From Sphyrna mokarran (taxonomy: Eukaryota), in the NCBI GenBank assembly GCA_024679065.1, contig JAGIQG010000011.1:7874001-7938000 (forward strand): 64,000 nt of DNA, in the 5' to 3' direction. Below, piece by piece: positions 48,501-60,500 of the stretch. How positions within the stretch are numbered: the stretch's first letter is position 1; each line of letters starts with the position of its first letter. The notes under the pieces are model-generated. The model was given only the letters and a program-made list of their open reading frames with translations. It had not been told where the DNA came from and did no database searches. A program made the translations under genes and the position numbers.

Positions 48501-51500
48501 GGGGAGGGTAAGGGGGAAGATGAGGAGAGTAGAAGGAGGAAGGGGAGAGACAGGAGGTGGGAATGGGAAGGAGAGAAAGGAGAGGGGAGGAGAGAAGGGG
48601 AAGAAGAATAGCAGAAACAGGGTGAGGAGGGAAAAGAGGAGGTAAGGATAAATGATGGGAAAGCGAAGAGGGAAAGGCAGATGATGGGGATAAGGAAGGG
48701 GAAGGAAAGAATGGGAAAGGAACAGGAAAGGTTGGGAAAAGGAAGTGAAGAGGAGAAACAGGTGAGGAAGGGGGAAAGGAGGAGGAGGAAAAGTAGGGGT
48801 ACTAGAGGGGTTTATTCAGAGGAACAAGAGTTCTGCAGGCAGGGACAGATAGGAGGAAGATGACAGGTTGGTTGGGGGTGTGGGGGGAGGGGAGGTGGTG
48901 TGACTGTACACTTGTTTTAATAATTATCTGGGTCTTTGAAAATTTGGCTGTATATGCAATCAGATTTTGTTATGATACTGCCAGACAGCAATTGATCAGA
49001 ATGGTGTCAATTGATAATTATCATTTAACATCACAAGTATAATTCTAAGTGAAAATGAAATAGAATGTTAGAGCTGATTGCTTTTGAGTAAAAGTGATAT
49101 CAAATGATGACAAAATGATTGTAACTATGTGCAGGTGACATTAAATGAAAGCTGTTGAAAGCAAATAATACCAAATGGCATGAAAAATTTTGGATAGGGC
49201 AAGTTAAGTAAGTAAGTAAAAGGTGACAGATGAAGTATAATGTGGGAAAATATCTACATTCTGGTGGTTGCTATTGACCAGAAACTTTATGGGACTAGCT
49301 ACAAGAGCAGGTCAGGGGCTAAAATTCCTGCAGTGAGTAATGTAGCCCCTGACTCTGTAAAACTTGTCCACCATTTACAAGGCACAAATAGGAGGTGATG
49401 AACATTTGCCCTTGCTTGGATGAATGCAGCTCCAACAACACCATCCAGGACAAAGCAGCCTTTTTGATTGGCACCTCATTCACAAATACTGACTCTCTCC
49501 ACCCCTGATGTAACGGCGTGTATTTTCTACAAGACGCACTACCACAACTCAAGGCATTTTAGGCAACACCTTCTAAATGCACAACCACTTCCATCTAGAA
49601 AGACAAGGGCACCAGATACATAGGAATACCACCATCTTTAAATTCCTCTCCAAGTCACAAACCATTCTAAGAACCAGATCTTTGTTCCTTCAGTGCTTGG
49701 GTCAAAATCCTGGACCTCTCTCCCTAACAGCATTGTGGATGTATCCACAGCTTACTCAAGTTTCTCAACGGCAATTTTTCAGCATAGTTTCTCAACGGCA
49801 ATTACCAATGAACGATAAATGATGGCCAAGCCAGCAACACCCACATCCCTGAAAAAGATTTTTAAAAACAGGGCTGTTGTGTTTGATAGGAAGAAGACAT
49901 AAATAATGGGCCAGATCTTCCAATCAGTGACAATGCTCTTTACATTGCTACTGACTGCAGAGATCATTGTGAGGTTGCCTTTTGCGAATTTTAGGCTGGG
50001 ACTTCTTATCTCAGCTAAAATATCAAAGTCTCCTTGCAGCAATTCAAAGATAACACTGGCAAACAGGAACAGAGGAGAGGACACTATCTTTTTACGATAG
50101 CTGCCATATTCAGGTAAATTTTTAAAGGTCTCTAGTCTTTCAGTGGTGTTAGTGAGTTAGCAAGTGGGTAATTCAGAGAGTGTTTTGGTAAGTGAATGGA
50201 TGGATGAGTGAGTGAGTAGATGAGTGGTTGATTGAATGGTTGAATTAAGCGCATAAGTGGTTAGATGAGTGAGTGAGTGGGTGATGGGATGGGAGTAGAT
50301 AGTCGGGTCAGGATTAGGTAGTCACACAGGATGTTTCTTTCGCAGCTAATGAAACAACAACAAAACTTACTCCAACCTATAGATCAAAAAAAGTTTAATA
50401 AAGAAACATCATTACTCCAAACTTGGGGTCTCACCCTGGGTCACTCGAAGCTACCCACAATTCTACATAGTTCCTTATTTATAGTGAATCAGTTGGCCAG
50501 CCGACTATTATATAACTCCATGATTGGTTCCATGTTTTACTGGGTCAGCTGACCCTTACATATTATTCCCGCTGGTCACATTACATCCAATACAGATTTG
50601 TTACTAGTTACATTCTAACACAGGATGGTTAAGTTGGGGTGGGGTGGTTAGTAGTTGAACTGGAGGGGTGTTTATGGGTGTAGGATTGGTGATTGGGTTA
50701 GAGTAGATATTGGGATATTGAGTTATGCCATAGATTAAACAGAATAACAATTTTAGGCTTGGTATCCAGATGACTAAGGCACATCTAGGTCACGTTGCCA
50801 ACACTAAGATCAGTAGAAGAAACTTCTGTAGAGGATTGGGGCAGCTCAAGGGGTGTTCAAACTTCCAAGGCATGTGATGCACCAGGACACCCACAGGGTC
50901 TCAACATGCATCAGCAGCTTAAGTTCAGTGCATCTCTGCTCCTGATCTGGAGGATCAGGAGATCTGGCTCAATAAGTTTCAGTAAGAAGTCTCACAACAT
51001 CAGGTTAAAGTCCAACAGGTTTATTTGGTAGTAAAAGCTACTAGCTTTCGGAATGCTCCTTCGTCAGGTAAATGGGAGTTCTATTCACAAACAAAGGCAT
51101 ATAAAGACACAAACACAATTTACAAAATAATGGTTAGAATGCAAGTCTTTACAGGTAATCAAATCTTAGAGGTACAGATAATGTGAGTGGAGAGAGGGTT
51201 AAGCATAGGTTAAAGAGATGTGTATTGTGTCCAGCCAGGATAGTTAGTGAGATTTTGCAAGCACAGGCATGTCATGGGGGTTACAAATAGTGTGACATGA
51301 GCTCAAGGTCCCAGTTAAGGCTGTTCTCATACGTGTGAAACTTGGCTATCAGTCTCTGCTCAGTGATTCTGCGTTGCCGAGTGTCATGAAGGCTGCCTTG
51401 GAGAATGCTTACCTGAAGATCAGAGGCTGAATGCCCATGACCACTGAAGTATTCTCCAACAGAAGAGAACACTCTTGCCTGGTGATTGTTGAGCGGTGTT

Positions 51501-54500
51501 CATTCATCCGTTGTCATAGTGTTTGCATGATCTCTCCAATGTATCATGCCTCACGACATCCTTTCCTGTAGCGTATCCGGTAGACAACGTTGGCTGAGTT
51601 GCAAGAATATGTATCGTGTAACTGGTGGATGGTGTTCTCACATGAGATGATGGCATCTGTTCAATGATCCGGCACATCTTGCAGAGGTTGCTGTGGCAGG
51701 GTTGTGTGGTGTTGTGGTCACTGTTCTCCTGAAGACTGGATAGTTTGCTGGAGACAATGCTCTGTTTGAGGCTGTGCGGTTATTTGAAAAAAAGAAGTGG
51801 GAGTTTGGGCATGGCCTTGGTGAGATGATTTTTTCATCAATGACATGTTGAAGGCTCTGGAGAAGATGTCATAACTTCTCTGCTCTGGGGAAGTACTAAA
51901 TGCCACGTCCCATGTTTGGCTATCATCTCACATGAGAATACCACCCGCGAGGTACGCAGTACTTGCAACTCGGCCACCTGATACGCTGCAGGAAAGGATG
52001 TCCTGAGGCATGGTACACTGGGGAGACCATGCAGATGCTATGACAATGGATGAATGAACACCACTTTAGAGTCACCAGGCAACAATATTCTCTTCCTGCT
52101 GGGAAAAACTTCAATGGTCATGGGCATTTGGCCTCTGATCCTCGGGAAAGCATTCTCTAAGGTGGCCTTCACAACTCATGACAATGCAGAATCACCAAGC
52201 AGAGACTAATAGCCAAGTTCCACACAAGAGGACAGCCTCAACAGGGTTCTTGGGTTCACGTCACACTATCTGTAACTTCCAGGACTTGCCTAGGCTTGTA
52301 AAATCTCAGTAATTATCCTAGCTGGAGACAGTACACATCTCTTTAACCTGTCCTTAACCATCTCTCCACTCACATTATCTGTATCTTTAACTCTTGTTTA
52401 CCTATAAAGACTCACATTTCAATCATTATTTTGTAAATTGAGTCTGTGTCATTATATGTGCTGTTTGTGAACAGAACTCTCTTACAAAGAAGCAGCGCTA
52501 CCAAATAAACCTGCTGGACTTTAATATGGTGTTGTGAGGCTTCTTACTGTGTTTACCCAAGTTCAACACCAGTATCTCCACATCAATAAGTTTCAATCAG
52601 TGAACAACTATTAACTGTTGGTGTTCAATAGGATTTGGCTTGTATACAAACCACAATACTTAACATGCAAGTACAACAAGGAATTAGGAATGCAAATTAT
52701 ATGTTGGCCTTTATTGCAAAGGGGTTGGGGTAAAAAGGGAATCATGCAGCAATTATAAAAGGCTTTACTACATTAGAATAGAACCATATAATCCATACAC
52801 CACAAAGAAGCCTTCAGCCCATTGAGTCTGCATCAAATCTCCGAAAAGGCATTTCCCCCATACCCAGAAGGGGGACTTAGATGGAGAATAGGTATGGAGA
52901 GACTGCTTCACCTGTCCAGAGAGTCTGGAACCAGGATTTGTACTCCTGCTCTTATTTCATATATTCTTAAGCACTGTAATTTATAAGCTGACTCCATGTT
53001 TACTTCACTTTATGATCCAGGTCAATTGATGCAGTAGAGGCACTGAAACTTCCCGGGGTTGTTGACATCATTACGGTTCAGGATGTTCCAGGGAAAAATA
53101 AAGTTAACATGCTGTTTGATATGGAGGAGATCTTTTGTACGAGTGAGGTAAATTCTGCACCTTTATTCAATCCCTCTATCAGATTGGGTTATGTTTATTA
53201 TTCTCCAAATAAAATTACACTTAAATCAGCTCTGACTGTTGCCACTACTGTTGTATTGGCATAATCAAAATTCTACAAAGAAGTTAACCTTGGTGATGTG
53301 CAAAAACTTTGCTCCAATTTTTCTCCAATCCTCCATCATTCCCTTCCTCCTTATCTCCCCTTCCTGTCTATCATCTTATTAATCCTTTCATAAGAACATA
53401 AAAAACAGGAGCAGGAGTAGGCATCTAGTCCCTTGAGCCTGCTCTGCCATTCAATAAGATCATGGCTGATCTGGTAGTGCATTCAATTCCACTTACCCGC
53501 CTGCTCTCCATAACCTTTAATTCTCTTATTGGTTAAAAATCTATCTGTGACTTAAACACATTTAACAAGGTAGCCTCTACTCTTCATTGGACAGAGAATT
53601 CCAAAGATTCACTAACCTCTGGAAGAAGAAGTTCCTCCTCAACTGTGTTCTAAATTGACTTCCCTGTATTTTGAGAATATGCCCCCTAATTCTTGTTTCC
53701 ATTCTAAGTGGAAATAACCTTGCTGCTTCTATCCTGTCTAGCCCCTTCATTATCTTATATGTCTCTATAAGATCTCCCCTCAACCTCTAAACTCCAATGG
53801 ATACAGGCCCAGTCTACTCAATCTCTCCTCATAAGCTAACCCCTCATCTCCAGAATTAACCTGATAAACCTTCTCTGTACTCCCTCCAAAGCTAATACAT
53901 CCTTTCTTAAAAGGGGCTAAAATTGTACACAGTACTCGAGGTGTGGCCTCACCACTACCTTGTACAGCTGCAGCACGACCTCCCTGCTTTCATACTCCAT
54001 CTCTCTCACGATAAAGGCCAACATTCCATTTGCCCTCTTGATTACCTGCTGCACTGCAAACTGAGTTTTTGTGATTCATGCACAAGGACCCTCAGGTCAC
54101 TCTGCATAGTAGCACGTTGTAATTTTTCACCGTTTAAATAAAAGTTCATTTTACTATTGTTCCTTTCAAAGTGGATAACCTCACACTTACCAATGTGATA
54201 CTTTTGCCAGATCCTTGCCCACTCACTTAATCTATCCAAATCTCTCTGCAGACTTTCTGTGTGCTTCATGCGATTTGCTTTTCAATTCATCTTTGTCATC
54301 TGCAAACTTTGTTACCCTATACTTGGTCACCTCCTCCAGATCGTCTATGTATATGGTAAATAGTTGAGGCTCCAGCACCAATCCCTGCAGCATGCCACTA
54401 GTTACTGATTGCCAATTAAAAAAGCACCCATTTATTTCGACTCTGCTTTCTATTAGATAGCCAATCCTCAATTCACACTAACACTTTACCAACTCGTCTA

Positions 54501-57500
54501 CCTTTATCTTGTGCACCAACCTTTTGTGAGGCACCTTATCGAATATCTTCTGGAAATCTAAATACACCACATCCACCGGTTCCCCAGTGTCAACCGCATT
54601 CATTATATCCTCATAAAATTCCAGTACATTAGTCAAACATGACTTTCCTTTCATGAATCCATGTTGCGTCTACTTGATTGAACCATTCTTTTCTAGGTGT
54701 CCTGCTATTTCTTCCTTAATGATAGATTCTAGCATTTTCCCAACTATGGATGTTAAGCTAACCAGCCTGTAGTTAACTGATGTTTGTCTACCTTCTTTTT
54801 TAAACAGTGGCGTTACATTAGCTGTTTTCCAATCAGCTGGCACTTCCCCAGAGTCCAGCGAATTTTGATAAATTACAACGAATGCCTTTGCTATTATTTC
54901 TGCCGTTTCTTTTAGTACCCTGGTCCCATTAGTCCACCCAGCACTATCTCTTTAGTAAAAGTGATCATTTTAAGATCCTCACCCTACAGTCCCATGACCG
55001 TCAATTATTGGTATGCTATTTGTGAAGACCAACACAAAAAACTTGTTTAAGGCCTCGGCCATTTCCTTGTTTCCCATTATTAAATCCCCTTCTCATCTTC
55101 TAAAGGACCAACATTTACTTTAGCTACTCTTTTCCATTTTATATATTTGTAAAAGTTTTTACTATCAGTTTTTATATTTTGTGCTAGTTTACTTTCATAA
55201 TCTATCTTTCCTTTATTGCTTTCTTAGTAGTTCTTTGTTGTTTTTTTAAAGCTTTCCCAATCTTCTAATTCCCCACTAATTTTGACCACTCTGTATGCAT
55301 TGGTTTTTAATTTGATACTCTCCTTTATTTCCTTAGTTATCCATGGTTGATTATCCCTTTTCTTACATTCCTTTTTTTTCACTGGAATATATTTTTGCTG
55401 AGTACTGAGAAAATCTCCTCAAAAATCCTCCACTTTCCTCAACTGTACTACCAATTAGTCTGTGTTCCCAGTCTACATTAGCCAATTCTGTTCTCATTCT
55501 ATTGTAATGCTCTTTGTTCAAGCAGAGGACACTGGTTTGGGACGCTAGTTTCTCACGCTTCATTTGATCACTGATTCCAAGAGGATCCCTCACACGGAGA
55601 TCATTAGTTTTACCTGTCTCATTACACAGGACCAGATCCAAGATAGCTTGCTCCCTCGTAGGTTCTGTGTCATACTTTTCGAGGAAACTATTTCGACAGC
55701 ATTCTAAGGACTCTTCCTCAAGTCCACCGTGTCGACTTGAGTTGACCAATAAACATGGAGGTTAAAATCCACCATGATTATTGCTGTTCCATTTTTACGT
55801 GCATCTGTTATTTGTTTATAGCCCACCCCACCTTGAAGTCATTATTATTTGGGGACCTATAGACTACGTCCACCAGTCTCTTTTTCCTCTTACTATTCCT
55901 TATCTCCACCCACATTGATTCCACATTTTGCTCCTTAGACTTATATCGTCTCTCACTATCACCCTGATGTTATCCTTAATTAACAAAGCTACCCTACCTC
56001 CTTTTCCTTCCTGTCTATTCTTCCCAATTGTCTGATAATCCTGGATATTTACTTCCCAGTCCTGGTCACCCTGCAACCATGTTTCTGTAATGGCCAACAG
56101 ATCATATCTATTTGTACTGATTTGTGCCGTCAACTCATTCACTTTGTTTCGAATGCTACATGCATTCAGATAAAATGTTATGTTAGTCTTTCTTACCTGG
56201 GCCCAATTTTATTAGTGCATTCCTTTGTTTGCATGCTCTGTCCTTTCCTGTAAAAAATGGTTATTCTTTCCCAGACCATCTCCCTGCACTGCATTGACCA
56301 CCTTTCCTCTCATGCTTGTCACCTTTTTCACTCTGCCTGAGATTAGATTCCTGCCACCTTCTATACTCACTGTTCTATTACGTGGTCTGGAAACTTTACT
56401 AACCTCTCCTGAGCAGTCGGCTCCTTTAACTAGTTGAAAGTCCTCATCATTAACCTGCACTCCTACCCTCTTCTTTACCTTTGATTTTGTAATTCTCCAT
56501 ACAACTGAACCCTCCCCACCACTATTTAGTTTAAAGCCCTATCTACAGTCCTAGTTATACGATTTGCCAGGTCCCAGCACGATTCAGATGGAGACCATCC
56601 CCTTGGAACAGGTTCCCCTCTTCCCCAATACTGGTGCCAATATCCCATGAATTCAAACCCATTTCTCCCATACCAATCTTTGAGGCACGCATTTACCTCC
56701 TTAATCTTATTGATCCTGTGCCAATTCGCTCATGGCTCAGGTAGTAATCCAGAGATTATTATCTTTTTGGTTCTGCTTTTTAATTTAGCTCCTAGTTTTT
56801 CATATTCCCTTAGCAGAACCTCTGTTCCTGTTCTACCTATGTCATTGGTACTATGTGGATTACCACAGCTGGATTTTTACCCTCCAAGTTCCTCTGCAGC
56901 CCAGATGAGATATCCTGAATCCGAGCACGAGTCAGGCAACGCAACCTTCGGGATTCTCGATCCTGGTCACAGAGAACAGTGTAAATGCCCCTAACTATTA
57001 CTAAAGCCAATTACGACATTTCTTTTTTCTCCCCCTACTTGACAGCTCCCTCTACCACAGTGCTGTGGTCAGTTTGCTCATCCTCTCTGCAGTCCTCGTT
57101 CCCGTCCACACAGGGAGCAAGAATCTCGAACCTATTAGACAGGTTCAGGGACTGAGGCTTCTGGAATTCTTACCCCCTGGATCCTTCTACATGCCTCATC
57201 CAAAGCCACACCCTCTTGTTGCTGACCACTGGCTGAATTCTAGTTTGTTTGTCTAAGGAGTATGACTGTCTCCTGAAACACAGTGTTCAGGTAACTCTCC
57301 CCCTCCCTGATGTGTCACGAAGCTCAGAATCCAGCTCATCAGCATTGAGCCGGAGTTCCTCAAGCAACCAACATTTACTGCAGACATGCTCACTGGGAAC
57401 CACAATGGGGTCCATCAGCTCCCACATCATGCAGGAACAACACATCACCTGACCCTCCATCCTTATTTTATTAATTCTTAAGTTTTTACGAACTATGAAT

Positions 57501-60500
57501 TAAATCTACCTTGCCTCGCCCATTTCCACCTAAGCCATTGAGCTTTCAACTCTCACTCTGCTAACCGCTCACTCCGCTGCCTGCTGGATAGTGCGGCCTG
57601 CTTTTTAAACCTCCCGCGTGCTTAAGAAAAATTTTAAAAATCCTTCCCAGGTCACCCCTTGGTCGGCCTACATCCACTTTTCACTTAAACTATGAAAAAA
57701 AAACCCCGCGAAAAAGTAAGGAAAAAAAGTCAATCCCTTACCCTTTTTACTCCAGCCACAAATCGCTCCTCTCTGCCTTGCTCCGGTCAAACAATGAGAA
57801 CGTTCCCCTAGGTAAGTAGCTTTTATGTAAAACAAATCCTTCCCAAGTCACCACGCGGTCGGTCTACTTCCACTTTTCACTTAAACTAGGAAAAAAAGAA
57901 ATCCCGTGAAAAAGGGAAAAAAGCCAATACTTTACCCTTTTTACTCCAGTCACAAATCGCTGCTCCCTGTCTTGCTCTGGTCGAACAATGAGCAATTTCC
58001 CATCTACCTTTCCTTCCTTTGGTCTCTCCCTCTCTCTATCCTCTCTCCCTCTGATCATTCCTTCTACCCGATCACTCTCTCCTGAATCTTTCACAGTAAG
58101 AACAGTAATACCAGGTTAAAATCCAACAGCTTTATTTGGGAGCACAAGCTTTTGGAGCTCTGCCCTTTCATCAGGCAAGTGGAGAGTTGGGTTCACAAAC
58201 AGGGCATATATAGATCCAACTCTCCACTCAAATGATGAAGGGGCAGTGCTCCAAAAACTTCCGCCACCAAATAAATGTGTTAGATTTTAATTTGGTGTTA
58301 TGAGACTTCTTATTATGCCTACCCCACTCTAACGCTGGCATCTACAGATAATTTATCTTTCACCTTATTCTTGATCTACCCCTCTTTCTTGATCTTCCCC
58401 CTCTAGTCTGATCAGACCGCTTCTTCTGATTATTCACTTCCAATCTCTCCCTCCCTTCTGACCTTTTCATCTAGATGATTCCGCTCAATAAGTATCCTCA
58501 ACTATAACCACGATCACCTCCTTAACCCTTTCTACGTCCTTCCCAATTGTTTCTTCCTCCTGGACATGGAAACATAGAAATCCTATGATACAGAAGGAGG
58601 CCAATTAAGCCAAGAGCCGGAATTCTCTGGTGGGTTTTGCGCCAGCGTGGGGTGATATCAATGGAAATCCCATTGACATTGGCAGGACCAGAGAATCCTG
58701 CCACTAGCAACCAACACACCACCTCCCGTCGGCAAGAAATACAAAGCTGGAAGGCCAGAGAATCTTGCCTCATTTGTCTGTGCCAGTGAAAAAAAGCTCT
58801 TCAGTCTAATCTCACTTTCTAATTCTCAAACCATATTCCTATCAGTAACAGTACTTCAAATGCATGCCCAAATGATTTTTAAATGTAGTGAAGGTTTCTT
58901 TTAACATTCTGTCAGTCAGTGAATTCCAGATACCTAATACCTTAGTGTTGAAAAATTTTTCCTCAACTCCACTTAAATCCTCTGTCAGATACTTTAAATC
59001 TGTTTATCAATCTCTCTGCTGAGGCAACTATTTCCTTCTGATCCACCCCATCTGAGTTCCTCATCATTTTCTATTTTTTAAGTATATCTCCACTTGGCCT
59101 CTTCTTTTGCAAAGAAAACAGTCCTGACACAATCAATTCAATCTTTCCATGGTTAAATTCTCCATTCTTTGTGGCATCTTCACAAATTTCCCCTGCATCC
59201 TCACTTGTGTGATCAGATGACTCTTGTAATGTGGTAACCAGAACTGTATACAGTAGCCTAGCCTAGCCTAATGAGTGTTTAAGCATTTCTAATATAACTG
59301 CCCCATTTTTATATTGTATGCCTTGGCTACAAAAGGGAAAAAAAACTGCGGGGGCGGTCTTACCAAAAAAATTCAAAGCCCTGAATGAATGTGAAAATGG
59401 GAGAGATTTGTGCCATGTTTTCGCGCATCTTAAAAATGGAATGTTACCTTACATTGTCAAAAAAACTTGCAAAACTTAGAATCCGCCAGCAGGGGAAGTG
59501 GGTAGACCTAAATCTCCCAAAAGCCAACATATATAGATCCAACTCTCCACTCACATGATGAAGGGGCAGTGCTCCAAAAACTTCTGCCACGGATAGCGAA
59601 TGTGGTCCCATTGTTCAAGAAGGGGAAGAGAGACTTTCCTGGGAATTATAGACCGGTGAGTCTTACTTCTGTTGTGGGAAAAGTATTGGAGAGAATTATT
59701 AGGGATAGGATTTATAGTTATTTAGAGAGAAATGAATTGATTGGGGATAGTCAGCATGGTTTTGTGAAGGGTAGGTCGTGCCTTACTAACCTTATTGAGT
59801 TTTTTGAAAAAGTGACCAAAGAGGTGGATGGGGGTAAGGCAGTTGATGTGGTATATATGGACTTTAGTAAGGCGTTTGATAAGGTGGCCCATGGAAGGCT
59901 TCTGCAGAAAATGCAGATGTATGGGATTGAGGGTGATTTAGCTAATTGGATTAGGAATTGGCTAGCAGATAGAAGACAGAGGGTGGTGGTTGATGGGAGA
60001 TATTCATCGTGGAGTTCGGTTACAAGTGGTGTACCTCAGGGGTCTGTTTTGGGGCCCCTGCTGTTTGTAATTTTTATAAATGATCTGGATGAGGGTATTG
60101 AAGGATGGATTAGTAAATTTGCGGATGACACCAAAGTCGGAGGAGTGGTAGATAGTGAAGAGGGGTGTTATAGTTTGCAGAGAGACTTGGACAAGTTGCA
60201 GAGCTGGGCCGAGAGGTGGCAAATGGAGTTTAATGTGGAAAAGTGTGAGGTAATTCACTTTGGCAGGAATAACAAATGTGTAGAGTATAGGGCTAATGGT
60301 AGGACTCTTAATAGTGTTGATGAACAGAGGGATCTTGGTGTATGTGTGCATAGATCCCTGAAAGTTGGCAATCAAGTCGATAAGGTTGTTAAGAAGGCAT
60401 ACGGAGTCTTAGCTTTTATTGGTAGGGGGATTGAATTTCGGAGCCGCAACGTCATGTTGCAACTGTACAAAACTCTAGTGCGGCCGCACTTGGAGTATTG

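Noticed and set aside
59569-59590. N-terminus MLQKLLP of the 452-aa ORF, resembling the start of the PLE ORF at 13209 (MLQKLS)
   Set aside because: Coincidental: it comes from the 63-bp non-coding templated insert with a GTG start; the true CR1 sequence begins at 59591.
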